A stretch of DNA of 61,775 nucleotides, filler included, from Choristocarpus tenellus KU-1152 (Eukaryota; Protista; Phaeophyceae), in the NCBI GenBank assembly GCA_964200185.2. It is 12 parts of 12 records of this genome, joined end to end, with 100 filler letters (N's around TTAATTAATTAA, not from the genome) between each part and the next. Parts side by side here need not be neighbours in the genome. Positions count along the whole stretch, not along the records: positions 10,202 to 16,748 come from CAXNAD020007887.1; positions 16,849 to 20,210 come from CAXNAD020020538.1; positions 20,311 to 23,102 come from CAXNAD020024710.1; positions 23,203 to 28,102 come from CAXNAD020012605.1; 8 more parts are not named here. One strand, written 5' to 3'. The position numbers and the translations under genes are program-made. This document shows positions 12,892 to 26,450 of this stretch, piece by piece. The notes under the pieces are model-generated. The model made no database searches. It saw only the letters and a program-made list of their open reading frames with translations, and was not told the origin of the DNA. Each line of letters begins with the position of its first letter. Position 1 is the stretch's first letter.

Positions 12892-14906
12892 TCATGGGGA
12901 TGGAGTCTTTTTGGTCTTGGAGAAGAGACTGCCAAAGGAACCTGAGTAGAGGCCACACACAGCAACAGCCCCACCAACAATGTTGCCTAGGGTGACTGGA
13001 AGTAGATTTGCAGTAAGGAATGTTGACCAAGACACTCCAGCACCAAGGCCCATTCCAAGGGGAATAAGGAACCTGGTCAATTGTTTGCAACATTGGTTCA
13101 AGAGGAAAGGTCATGAAAATTTAGTTGAACCCTGAGAAGAGGGTTTAAGGGAACATATTTAGAGCACTCATATGTGTAGAAAGTCAGCTCTGCTTGGTTT
13201 CAAGTGATAGACAAGGTCACCATGAACAAAAAAAACTTCGTAAGAAAGTTCATGGAGTAAGAGTGTGCCCTTGTTTTATATTTAATTATACTGTCCATTA
13301 CGTTTTGCTAAAACAAGAATCGGGTAAGAATGTCTGTGAAGATAATAGAAGCTTCTAGAGGAGTAGGCTAGCAAGAAGACTCACATGTTAGCAACAGAGT
13401 GGTCCATTCCCATCGCCACAAAGGCAGAGATGGGGAGGAAGATGGCACAAAACTTGCCAAAAGCATCACTTGCACTTGCAGACATCCACACTGAGGGCAA
13501 GGAAGGTACGAGTAGCATGCATAGTAGATGTGGGTGAGAAGACACAACATGAGACCTACTTGCACACATTCAGGACCGATTCCCCGAGGCAAAAGAGTGA
13601 TAGGTCGAGCAACATAAATAGAGTGAAATGTGTATCGTCCTAAGCAAATCAGACAACAAATGACAAGATAATACACAGAAGGGAGAGTGAAATTTGTTTC
13701 AAATCGATTAATCTACACTTCAACTGTTTGCGTATTGTTTCATGCACGCCTGGTACCCTACTGCCAATACTCGAGCCACATCTACGTTCAATTAATCCTA
13801 ATGATTCGTACTCACCGGCCATGCATACCAGCCAGTTACATAGGATCCCACGCGTGAACGCCTGCAAGAAGGTGAGCGAGGTCTTCGACGACGCAATGCC
13901 GATAGCGGTGCCTGGATTGGCTACGACTCCCGCCGCCATCACCAAGCTCACAATGAGCAACGATCTGTGCAGCAAGTGAATGGCTACAGTGAGTGAATCC
14001 TGATCCTACATGTCACAAATGTTAAGTAAACTCTAGTGGAATGCAAAGCAAAACCCGACGACAAGCGTGAGGCGGTGATGAGTGGAGTCGGAGAGACAAC
14101 GTGCATTGTAAGGACCTTGAAAATGCGTTGGTAGAGACTAGAATCAAGGCACTGCAACATGCAATACCAACAAAGCTAATGGTCCAATAATATCAATTCC
14201 TCCAAACCTCACCCCGCAAAGTTGCCAAGATATGAGAAAAACCAGTTCCGAAGCAGGCCAGCGCGCGTTGCCTTCCCCTCGATCAAGGCAGCAGTTACCA
14301 TGGCGGTGTTACCGGTAAACAACTCACCACCACCAACAACTGTCATGAACAGGCCAAAAGGCAAACCTGAAATCGGGGTTAGGGAAACAAAAAGACGTTA
14401 GCAATTCCCGAAGTCATGAAACACCTCGCAAAAAGTAGCGTAAAGGATTTCAAATAGTGGAAGCACGCCCAAATAACTCAAGCCTCACCGAAAGCCCCAA
14501 AGATGATTTTCTGTAGGCCAGGGTTCGCGGACGCTATACCAGGACAGTTGCCTCCAACTGTAAGCGCGAGCAGGCCCCCAAAGGCAATGTGGCAACCAGA
14601 GATGATTCCCATGAGAAATGTCTTGAACGCAGGAGCGGCTGCTTTCTTCTCTCCCACGTTAACAGCATTTTGATACATGTCGGGGGGAGATTTCACCCCA
14701 GCTGTAGGCGCAGGCGCGACAGACATGCTAGGAATGCGGCTTGGGTGTCGGATGTGCTTTACATGACCGGATATCGTAGACACTGATGTCACAGCCAAGA
14801 CGTGAGGAGAGCTGATCTTGGATTTGAACATAGACGGCTGGAGGAAGCCATTGCTAGTTCCTGTTAGGCAGGCAAGGGCTACCAGAAATCCTCCTGTGGG
14901 TGACAT
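12892..14906 (-). CDS. NAR1: Formate/nitrite transporter (FNT family, NAR1-like), probably plastid-targeted; complete, 5 exons, 335 aa
   Basis: Exons 14906-14489, 14366-14213, 13964-13816, 13490-13385, 13072-12892 (1008 nt, all GT-AG, phases consistent). FNT motifs: GIISGCHIAFG, LPFGLFMTVVGGGELFTGN, RNWFFSYLGNFAG, GILCNWLVCMAVW, FVAMGMDHSVANM, NLLPVTLGNIVGG. N-terminal signal-like segment (GGFLVALACLTGTSNG-F) followed by a Ser/Lys/Arg-rich transit-like stretch. Confidence 0.93.
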
Positions 14907-16874
14907 GAATTGGACGGAAGTAGAAAGTGGGGAGTGGGAGAGGACTACAAACACATGGCTTTTGGACCATTACCCACCAAGATCGAACAATGACTGTTGT
15001 TGTCATTCGAAAAGTGCGCTTACATGACAAGGCAAACAACTAAACCGAAAACTTCACAATCGTTGAAGTGTTATCGAAGTTCTAGTTATCAAAGTAGTGG
15101 GTTGGTTCCCATACCAAAACTACGTTGAAAAGTCGGAAAAAGAACCTCCACAACAAAAATATATTCTAAGTTCTCACAATTATGACGATGAATTTATGAA
15201 GAAAGCCAGCTTGAAAAATCAAAGAACAGAATGCTGCGTTCTATATCTAAGTAGGATCATGAATGCCTCAAAATTAAACAGTGAATTAGAACCATTTATG
15301 CGGGAAAACAGGAAACGGAAGGCCATATTTCCACCATGGGCACGATTGTTTGGAGGTCGGCAGATAATAAGGGACAAGAGGAAGTAGAGAGGTGGTGTGA
15401 TATAAATTGTTTTTATTATATAATGATTATACCACAACCTTTCACAAGAACCACAAAAACACAAGAATACTTCAGGAAGTAGACCTTCGTATGTAATATT
15501 GTTGTCCAACTATTGATATATATCCATGATTATTGTTCGTGCATCATTTGTGTATTCCCCACTCGATCTGGACAAGTGAAGATAGGTCGTCGTACCATTC
15601 AAAGTATTGTTTTATTATTGTGTGTTACTCACTACTTACTGTCTACTGTTAGGGTTATGAATTAATTAAACTGATGAAAACCGAGAGATGAATTATTCGG
15701 TTATTTGCTACTTCCGAAGTATTATTTTTTCTTCTTTGACAACACATACACGATCACAGAACACGTAAGTACATCAATAGTATTATTACATTTAGAATTT
15801 TGGATATGTCTCAGTATTCTTACGTTGAGGACATTATATATACACATATGTATATAGTTTTCATTGGTTTTCCCCTGACACATCTGCAAAATGTCAGAGG
15901 GCATAATAATATAATGTCTCAAAGGATAAACCAAGACAAAAAATGTGTATTTTTTGAAAACCAACAATCAAATAATGATCCATGATCCCTGAAAAAATAT
16001 GTTCTCAAGATGGTATCAATACAAAGGAGTAAATTAAAAGGAGTATGAGGTCGACCCATCTAGCTGACATGCCATCCCGCACGCTGAGGATGGCAGGAAA
16101 GAAGATAAAGGGTTAGAAAAAGACAAACGGGACACTGGTCACAGTTGATGTGATGACTAAAAATGGAAAGAGAGAAAGTGTGCATAATGAAGCTCTTCGT
16201 GAGTTGTAGGGGGATCGGAACAAGGACAAAGAATCAACATCGAGTAGTTAGCAGCATGTGACCTCATTTCAAGACTAAGTCACCAGAGTGAAACCCACCT
16301 CACTGCCGCTTTAATTTAATGAATATTCAAACACTCGTGATAAGGCAGTTATACATTCCAGTCTTTCACACCTTCCTCTATTCCTGCGTTTGCATTGTTA
16401 CTACTATATCCTTCCTTGTGTGTTCATGTTGCCACTCACCGTTCACAGGTGTTATTTCTCCACATCCTCTTTGACATCTACAATTGACAATTGGCCTTTT
16501 CACTGAACCCCTCTAGAACTTGCTTCTTTGCTGTCCCGCCCCAGGTTGTGGGAAGTGTTCACTTCAGGGGGATGATTTGTCGCGGGCGATGGGGCTTAAT
16601 GGCAGTTTCATAAACGCCATTATTGGGACCTTCAAGTCCTTGATTTTATATATTGTGCTTCTTGACTATTTCAATACTTTTGTTTTGCTCACGAATTCTG
16701 GATTATTATTATTATTTTGCACATTCCTATTTTCTTATTCCTCAATCCNNNNNNNNNNNNNNNNNNNNNNNNNNNNNNNNNNNNNNNNNNNNTTAATTAA
16801 TTAANNNNNNNNNNNNNNNNNNNNNNNNNNNNNNNNNNNNNNNNNNNNGGGAGGGGGTCGGCGGGGGGGTGGGG

Positions 16875-16915
<41 letters not shown>

Positions 16916-17783
16916 AACATTCGGGGTGTATCCATTCGGGGTGTATCCATTCGGGGCTTGATGAGGTTCTGTTGTAAGATATACATACCATATATACATC
17001 CCCCAGTTTGATTTCTCCAGTACTGCAGTTAATTTCTCTTCCGGAACGGTCCAGGAGAGGGGATGAAAAAAAATGATGCATTCAGACAAACAAAATTGCC
17101 CTCTTACAAATTCACACGTCTACTGAACAAATTCAGATGGAAATCCCTACAGTGTCATACAAGAATCCAACGGACATACCCCCACCCCCCTCCTCCCCCT
17201 TCCCTAGGATATACTATGTCATATGTATTTTTTTTATAGTATAATCACACACAGCTCAACAGAAGACCTCTCTAAATACCCCACCTAAAATCCCTGGAAA
17301 TAATAAAAAAAAATAGAAAACTAATAGAAAGGCGACAATCTCTAGTATAGCATAAACCAATATCAATGATCTCACCATCAACACCTTACAATTTTGCTTA
17401 ATGCTGTATTCCTCGGGGGTTATCAGAACAGTTACGTCTGAAAAAAAAAATTATGTAGCATACAATAACCACAATTATGATCCACAACAGAAAATATATA
17501 TGTATATATCAAGATATATTATACCTGTGCAAAAATTGAGAATACAATTTACATGATAGTGTATTTTTCAGTCGCGAACTTCAGAAAAAAATGAAAAAAA
17601 AAAAAATTATATCAAGAGCAATTCAAATTTCACAAGCTAGAAAATTTCCAAGTTGTCAGATTAACATACATACATCACCCCCAACAATAGGACGCTAAAC
17701 CTAATCCTTGTCCTAACCTGACACTACTGCTGTCAATCTTAGATGAAATTAAATTAAATTAAATTAAATTAAATTAGATTAAA

Positions 17784-18078
17784 GGTGAAAGGTATCTCAG
17801 AGGGGTAGAGCCGAGTCCGTTTTTATTTAATTTTTTGTTTAAGGACCGAAGTTCAATGTTCCAATTTTTTTTTTATAATTTTGACTGATCGTGTTTGTTA
17901 TCAAGAGTCATTATCCATGTTTCTGGACACACCTTTTCATAACGTATACATATTACCTAACCCTAAATGCTTCGGAGTAGGTAAAATGTCATAAAAAAAA
18001 AAACCTTGGGAAGGCAAGCCCCAAACGGACGGACAAGCAGGGCAAAACTCGTACCCTAACCCTAAGATACTTTCACTC
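17784..18078 (-). mobile_element. MITE copy with 4-bp TSD (TAAA)
   Basis: TAAA|GGTGAAAGGTATCTCAGAGGGGTAGAG ... GTACCCTAACCCTAAGATACTTTCACTC|TAAA. Confidence 0.8.
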
Positions 18079-19194
18079 TAAATTCAATTCCAACCCTAAC
18101 CCTAACCCGAATCTTACGGATTCGAGTCAAAATTCCTTAATCGATTTTTATAAAATGAAAACAAAAACTAAATTTCATTTTTTTTTTTAAATCGATATTT
18201 TGTCAAGAAAAAAAAAATCGAGGCGTGATTTTCTGGCAGTTTTTTCGTTCTTTTTTTGGACAAGCGCTCGCAATCCACACTCAAAAGCTTGCCACACACC
18301 TCAGCCATTCACACGCGTCCTCCATTCATACACAATCCACACAAAACACACACACACACATACTGGGTGTACGTTTCGATTCATTCCCATAACATCCCGT
18401 AACAACATCGCCTGTTGCTGTTTTAAGAATACTCTGATGCTCCTAAGGCTCTTGAGAGAGTGCATCCGATCACCTCTAGCCAACTCAGACTGCAATAATT
18501 CGTTTCTTCTTTTCTAAATCTGTTGGCTGACGAGACTCTTGACTATATATATATAAATATCGATGTATATATATAATAATACAATAATGCAAATATAAAT
18601 AATTATAAACGAACCTCAATTCTGTATGGTCATATACATATATACATATATATGTGTGTATATGTATATATCAGACCCCAGATAACTTAAACATCAATCA
18701 ACTGAACTGCTATCGATGATTATTTATTTTAGGAAACCTCTCAAGCCTTGATTCATTTTTTTATTACAAAAGCATGAAGCATTCTTTGAAGGTTTATCTC
18801 ACCTTGTCCAACAACTTCCCCAGTGAGAACTTGCTCTAGTGGTGATACCCATCACATGTCGGCCAAGAAAGTACACACAAAGTACACACAAAGTACACAC
18901 AGGAAAAGGGAATCAGGACATGAAGGAGGATGAGGAGAGGTGGGGAGACACACCAACACAGATATATGACTTGTCGGAAACAGAAGAAAAGACACCATTC
19001 AAGAGACACCATTCAAGAGAGGAGAGAGCAGCACATGAATTGGGTTTGAAAGATACACTGTGGACATGATGGTAGCAAACTTCAAAAACCGACTGATCCG
19101 CCGGAACTGTTTTTTTAAATAGTAAATAATAAATAAATGCTGTTCGAACTTACTGTTCTAGAGTGACTATATGCCGAAAGGATAATTCATTAAA

Positions 19195-19470
19195 TACTAG
19201 TGAAAATTAAACATCAATGAACTACTAGTGAAAATTAAACATCAATGAAATACTAGTGAAAATTAAACATCAATGAAATACTAGTGATAATTAAACATCA
19301 ATGAAATACTAGTGAAAATTAAACATCAATGAAATACTAGTGATAATTAAACATCAACGAAATACTAGTGAAATTTAAACATCAATGAAATACTAGTGAT
19401 AATTAAACATCAATGAAATACTAGTGATAATTTAACATCAATGAATTACTAGTGATAATTTCACATCAAT
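19195..19470. repeat. 28-bp AT-rich minisatellite, ~10 copies
   Basis: Unit TACTAGTGA(A/T)AATTAAACATCAATGAAA; TACTAG recurs at 19195, 19223, 19251 ... 19447. No spacers between units. Confidence 0.95.
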
Positions 19471-20310
19471 TAATTAGTAATGCGAAACCAGCACAAGACA
19501 GTGAAAAATTAAAAAATACAATATCGTAGCAAAAAATTAAAAAGCAATAATATGTGTATGCACTTAATTACTATTCTCAAACTTATTTTAAAATACATAT
19601 TTTTTTTAGTGAGGTAGGGGGAGGGGGAGCGGGAAGAACTGATCGATTATTCTTATTCTTATTATTATTATTGACTGGGAGGTCTTCCCGGACCGTTCTT
19701 CGAAAAATAACTCCCAACATACATACTCAACACAAAACACAAAACTTTTCAGGAAAAAAAAAAGGAGAGGTAACAAACATTCACATACATGAAAAAAAGA
19801 AGAATTGTTTATTTATACACACGTCCATTTTTTTTCTTCTAAAGAGGACAGTACAACCGAGCCCCTGCCCCATATCCACAGGTACAACAACAACAACAAA
19901 ACAAAACAAAAATCAACACCTTCCAGGAGCAAAAATCAATTCAACCTACAATAATAAGCAAATAGAGCCAGTCCACATGTTGCACCTGACTGGCTCACAC
20001 GGCGAACCAAATACCCTCTACTCTAAGTCAACAGAGTCCATTTCATTTCGGACTTCCACGGAGGGAGGGTACTCCAAAATATTTTCACCAGTTCAACCCG
20101 AGAATTGCACAAAAAAAAGCCTTCCAATTTTTCAATCAACTAGAGCTTTTTTTTTATATTAAATGTATACAACGTTTATCGCGAGTGACAGGCAATAAAT
20201 ACCCCCCCCCNNNNNNNNNNNNNNNNNNNNNNNNNNNNNNNNNNNNNNNNNNNNTTAATTAATTAANNNNNNNNNNNNNNNNNNNNNNNNNNNNNNNNNN
20301 NNNNNNNNNN

Positions 20311-20595
20311 GTTACTATAGATCCCCTTTTCGCGATTTCGACCCAAATGGACCCCCTTGTCTAGACCCCCCCCCCCTCCCAGATACTTTGGATCTTCCCT
20401 CGGGGTTTTGATGACACATTCCTACTCCAAAATATTTCGGAGTAGGTAAAATGTATACGTTTCGAAAAGGTGTGTATGGAACAAGGATATTGGCACTTTG
20501 TAACAAACACGATAGCCAAAAATTACATTGAAATCGCAGCATTGGATTTTGGTCCCCAAATGGACGCGGCTCTACCCTCTGAGATACTTTGGCTC
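20311..20595 (+). mobile_element. Two partial/nested MITE copies at contig start
   Basis: Right terminus CCCAGATACTTTGGATC at ~20378-20394, followed by the internal part and right terminus (CTCTACCCTCTGAGATACTTTGGCTC) of a second copy. Confidence 0.72.
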
Positions 20596-20899
20596 TGGTA
20601 TGTGTTCAGAACCTTTTTGATGTGGCTCTCGATTGACCGCATACGTGATGCACACCTTTTCAGGATATTCTAATCGGGGCAGTTTCGATTCTCGATGTAT
20701 CAAACACACCCTTCTCCATGCTTTTAACGTGGGGTGTCATCCAACATGGCCGTACTCCGTGGAACACATCGTGACCAAACATTGTGCAAGCTCCTTCCCC
20801 CGAACAAAGATGCAGCATTGTCTATGTTCGCATCATGAAGATCGAACACTACTGTGAAAGGGATTCAAACCCATCAACTCATATCTTAACCTCATTTGG

Positions 20900-23050
20900 A
20901 TCCCACTCAGGAAACAGGGACTAAAGAGACTGCCCAAGATCAGTGCCGCTCGTTCGTAGAAGAAATCCAAAACAGACCAGATCATGGACCTCTTCCTCTC
21001 CATGTTTGTCAACCACGATGGTCCAGAAGAGAGGGAAGAAAGCGGCCGCACTTCGCACGACCTTGCCTCTTGGTTGTTGGATGAGAAAAGCAAATTTGCA
21101 CCGTTGGTGAGCGCGCTGCGAGTTGTGCTGGCTCGGGAACAACGCGAGTGTACGCCTGATCCCCAGGTCAAGACATTCCTAGAATGTGTAAAGAAAGATC
21201 TTAGCACCTAGCGCACCCACTAGGTATACAAATCCATCCTCGTCGGCATCGTTCCTGATGTTGAAATAGGTGATGACGGGGTGACATCGACGTTTCAACT
21301 CCTTCTGTCCGTTACAGCAAGAAGATATGACATCAACGTCGACACACTAAGGTCAACCACCAAGAAACGCACGGAATTCATGTGAGACATGCGCGACAGG
21401 TGAGCCCCTCTGCATCAGCTGCCAATGACGCTGGAGAATCGTCTCCCGTATCCGATACCCACGCCCCTCACTGCTCTCCTCAAGGCACTGCCAAGAGGTG
21501 TGGTAGTTCGTTCTCATCAACCTACAACGGTGTTACACACACAACTTGGTCCCCGGGCGAACACGTCCACTGTATGTTGAAGAACAATTTCGTCACAAAA
21601 GATGCTCGGATGACCCCTCATATCCTGGTGCGCAACTGACACGCGCCCCACATCTCCCATCGTTACCTCAGACAGAACGGCAGACCAAGGGTATTCAACA
21701 TGGGAAGGGACACAGCTCCTCAAGACAGTTCGATGTGCACAGCATCCTGATACACACGTTCTTGGCATCACCGTATGGGAGAGCAATGGCACCGCCATGC
21801 CCCACGATCCGGTCACATCTCATGATTCTATTCAGGGCATGCACTACTTAGACCCGGATACGAACAGGAGAGTTTGCTGCCTAGATGCACTGTGTCAACA
21901 ACATGCTCAGAGGTACTCCACACTACTGTCATCCTCACAAGTATTGCGCATATCCACCCTCGACACTTTATGGATTAATCATTGTAACATGTTCATCCTG
22001 GACCAACAAAACTTCAACATAACTACGTATACATGGTGAAACCGACATGACAACAGGTCACAGATTGGGACAGATGAGGATGTCTACGTCAACTTCAGGG
22101 AGAGATTCGAACAGGAGGGATGTCAGGACCAATGATGCTTGGGTAAGTCTATGTTTCCTAACCGCCACAGGGTACCCAGTCACATACTGCATCATGCGTT
22201 TCCACACACAAGGGGTGCTAATCCACCTTATCCCTCCCTCCACTCTTCAACGCAACACAGATCGTGCGTTTATATTCACCACATGACCACCGACCTCCAG
22301 ATTCAGTGCCTAAGAGAGAACTGGAAGAAAGTACATGCGAGGACGATCTTTGGCGATGATGGACAACGCACTTGCGCATGCACATGCGCATTCTGCGGCA
22401 AAGGCAAAGGATGCGGCTCTGAAAAGGTGGAGGCCGCACTCGAACGTGGTGCTCATTTAATGGCCTTCCTCCAGTAAGTTTCTATGACAAACCACACCCA
22501 CGAAGTGGCGAATTTATGAGCACGACGAGCTGGAATGGTATCCAAAAAAATGAACCCACTGTAGATACACACCAAGGTACTCGCCCTCAAACCGTTTCAC
22601 TACGTCCTCTAAATATGTGGCATCGACAGCCGGACTCCACTAGTAAAGTTCGATCCGCTACTCAAACCTCTACACTGACAAGAAACACCGCTCTTGGACT
22701 AATCAAAACAAAACAGATGCAAGAGAACCGTGCTGGAGCCCCTCAACGAACCGTCCTCTGGCGGTTCCTTGGGCAGTTTCAAAAATTCTTGTATCGACGG
22801 TACATGTGACAGGGGTGACTGGAAATTTCATCCGATGTGGAAGTACCCTTGTATGTTGGATTCTCACAGCACCTTTGTCACATGGAACGAGTTCGTCTAC
22901 ACATACACCCCGGTGGTGGAGGTGGACCTGCAACGAAATACTTGCCAGGAGATAAAGGTGTGCCTTATCCAAACACTCATCAACTAATTAGATTTGGAAG
23001 ACGAACCTGTCCGGTTCCACCCTCACACCCAGTCCAGGACCGATACAACA
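20900..23050 (+). pseudogene. Decayed intronless Cys/His-rich ORF, probable DNA-transposon protein relic
   Basis: About 2 kb of coding-like sequence broken by stops and frameshifts. Motifs RTCACTCAFCG and SCIDGTCDRGDW...FVTWNEFVY. No introns, unlike host genes. Confidence 0.45.
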
Positions 23051-26000
23051 ACCTACCCTACCAATCGACCATATCCCCATGGAGTCAAAGTATCTTAGAG
23101 GGNNNNNNNNNNNNNNNNNNNNNNNNNNNNNNNNNNNNNNNNNNNNTTAATTAATTAANNNNNNNNNNNNNNNNNNNNNNNNNNNNNNNNNNNNNNNNNN
23201 NNCTGATGTAGACCCCCCCCCTTCCCCAGATAAGGGATCCCAAACCCACGGTCGAAAAGGTAGTCCAAAGAAGGCAATACGCACTGCTGAGAAAAGGGCA
23301 ACAACGACAGTAAAAGAAAAACAAAGAAGTGACCGATAAAAGAAAAATAAATCAAAAAAAGAAATAAAGAAAAAATGAAAGAGGAGGACCTGCAGGCGAA
23401 AATACCATCATCCAAAAACATGGTGGGAAGATAAAAAAAATGCACGAAGGATGCAAGAAATCAGCCCAAGAAAAAACAGAGTTAGCCAGAGAGTGGTGGT
23501 GGTGGTGTTGGTGGCTTGGGCAACCTTAGCTGCAGCTTTGTGTGACGTACACATTAGTTATCGCGGCTTCCTATTGGAAAGCCAATTCGGTCAAGCACCT
23601 TGTTGTACCGTCAGTCACACACTCATAATACCGCTCCTGTTTGGTTAGAGTGACACTTCAGCTCCAACCCTCAACTCCAATCGGTCGCAGGCATGCCTTC
23701 ACTGCTCTCTCTTCCAACTAAAGCCCTCCACCCCCTGCCATCCAAAACATGATGAGTTGTCATCTCAACTAGAAATCGCTCTTCCTTTGTGCCAACGTGC
23801 TCAAAGCTTTCTACTATGAAGGTGTTTGAGGCTAAAACTATGAGGTACAAAAAAAATCCTCATAGTAGTTGCACTTCCAGGCGTCATCTGCAGCAGCAGC
23901 AGCCGTTGTTTGCTGTTGGTTGTTGAACGCGGCAGTCTATTTGAACCTTGGAGAAGACCACATCCGGAGGAATGTCCTCTACCCGGTAAGGGGCAGTAGC
24001 TGCATTAGAGAGTACCCCCACATGGAAAGCCCCATCCTCTTGGAAATAGCACTTAGTGGTGAAGGGATTTCCATCCTTCAGGGTGTAGGGGACATCCATC
24101 TGCCTACGGCACACTACAAGTACATTACACGTCTAAGCAGTATTATTGTGGCGATGTCCTAAAAACGAAAGAAAAATGAAAATCGTGAAGTTGAGAACTG
24201 TGACATTTAATCGGCTTCAGCGCAATAGATTGAGAATAACCGAGACTATAGATGAAAAGGTTTAGTTGTTCGTTTTTTTTAATCTGAAGACTCACAGAAC
24301 TGACGCAACTACTGTAAACGGTTACTATCTTAGTTGTACTATAGCACCACTGACTAAACCGAAAACCTGTGAAAACGTGTGACTTGGGCAGGGGTGGTGG
24401 TGTTTAGATGGCGGGTGGTGATCTTGAGCAGGTGCTGTGGTATGTAGATGGGAGGGGTGGGCTTGAGTAGTTACTGTGGGGTGTAGGGACTGGTGAACAC
24501 GTGGTTGATGTGGATGAGCAGCAGTAGGTGGAGGTGGCTGTATGGTGGCTCCTGGAGAATGAGGTAGGTGAGTGTGGGCTTGTGGAGGTGGTGTGTAGAG
24601 TGTTAGATGGACGGGGGTCAGATTGTGTTGGAAATGGTTGGGCTTGCAGAAGGGCAGTGATGGATGTGATTGGGGGCATGGATGGTAATGACAGTGGGAT
24701 GGATGGTGTGGGTAGGGTGATGGAAGCCGGGAGGGCATGAATGGGAATGGTTGAGCCAGTAGGTGGCGGAATTGGGAGACACGGGGAGAAGTCCAAGAAA
24801 TACAAAGAGTTCAAGCTCTGCTAGGCGTATCTTGCCATTGTCAGACAGTAAGTGTGTGAGTGATTAATCACTGCAATCCAGCCAGAAATCACCATAGCAC
24901 ATGTGGTCTACAGATGACGACTAAAAACAGGTACCAGCACGACAGTGAAGGGCAGTGGGGGCTGTGCAGTCAGGATCAGATGTGATTGAGGTGGGGTTCG
25001 TTTTGTTACAGTGTGCCCCCGAACTCACCTCCACAGGATATGCAACTCAAATCCAACGACCTTAAAACGACGCTATGCGGGGGTCCACAGATGATAACCA
25101 CGTATGGTGTCAGTTGATGCTTAGCTCAGTCAATGTCTCGCTTTTCGCTTTATCAAAAGACGGTAAGGATCAAAGAACTGAGTCATGTGGTCGGCAACTC
25201 GACCTTTTATTAACGTCATTCACACTCCTTCTGCAGTCAAAGAGTTGAATGATGTCTGCAAAACTGCTGTTACTCCAATCATAAATCCCTATTCTGCAAC
25301 TTCTTTCAGGAATTCACGTCTATTCTGCAAGGTTATGTATGCATTTCGAATCTTACTCTGCATCTTCTATCAATTCAAAGTTCCTCTTATATGAGATCTT
25401 ACGTACGTATACTGTTCGCGTATTTTGGCACGCAGATAGAAATGCTCGCGCTGTTTGCCTGTAACATATCCCCCAGTGTGAACTAGCAATACATTTTTCA
25501 CGCTTACCACAGGCGATTGCCACCGGTTAAGACAATATATATCATCAATCACGTCAGATCATCCTGCGGCAAGGAGAAAGAAAGAAGAAAAAATACCTAA
25601 CTTCTACTAGACCCAACACATGTATCCTTATCAACTTGGAAAAATCTGTCTGCATCTAGCCTAATCGGAGTACGCATTTACTCTTTCTGAAGTACAGCTA
25701 CCCTAAGGTGCCAAGTGCCATCTGATTATTGCCTGTTTCATGCCCCCCAAGCACGAAGCATACTGATGGCTGCTAGTGCGTAAAACAGGCAATAACATCA
25801 ACATCAGCCATAACAAAAGAATAAGTCAAGGGACAGAAAAGAAAGGACTGAAGAAAGAACAAAACAAGGAATTAGGGGGATCAGGTACCTGTTAGGACAA
25901 AAGAGAAGAGAAAAAGAAAGAAAAAAAATGAAGCAAGGGAAAAACACAAAACACAAGAAAATCGAAAAATAAAGTGAAAGAATAATATAAAATAAAAGGA

Positions 26001-26283
26001 AAATAGACTAAAACACAGAATAAAGGGGGTCAGGTATCTGATATACAAAGAAAAAAAACACAGAATGACAAAAAATTAAAATGAAAAACATCTTGTGTAA
26101 ATTACTGTTCTGATGTGGGTTACTTCATGGTTCCAACTTCTGCTGTGCTATGTTCCATGCAGGGACTACCTGTTTCACACTTACCACAGGCGATAATCAT
26201 TGATCAGGATAATAAATATCATCCATCACCTTAGATCATACTGCGGTGGCATGCATAATTGCCCTTTGGTAACATAGGAGCTT

Positions 26284-26450
26284 CAGTTCCGACTCAGGCA
26301 GTTGTTTCCAACATATGGACTCCAGCTCCAACTCTGGCAGTTGTTTCCAACATATGGACTCCAGCTCCAACTCTGGCAGTTGTTTCCAACATAATAGGGA
26401 CTCCAGTTCCGACTCTGCCAGTTGCCTCCAACATAGTGACTACAGTTCCA
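26284..26450. repeat. 39-bp tandem repeat, ~4 copies
   Basis: Unit CAGCTCCAACTCTGGCAGTTGTTTCCAACATATGGACTC (two near-perfect copies plus diverged ones, one with a 3-bp insertion). Confidence 0.9.

Noticed and set aside
16793-17089. Polyproline ORFs
   Set aside because: They arise from a poly-G run at a contig end plus a 15-bp repeat, and run into N-spacers.
18372-18870. Possible minus-strand exons (KRRNELLQSELARG...; LEQVLTGEVVGQ, ClpB-like)
   Set aside because: The phases could not be joined consistently and the similarity is too short to support.
19195-19470. CRISPR array
   Set aside because: Units are head-to-tail with no unique spacers, there are no cas genes, and the context is eukaryotic.
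24325-24814. His/Pro- and Ser/Thr-rich ORFs
   Set aside because: GT-rich low-complexity sequence, open in several frames with no domain or splice support.
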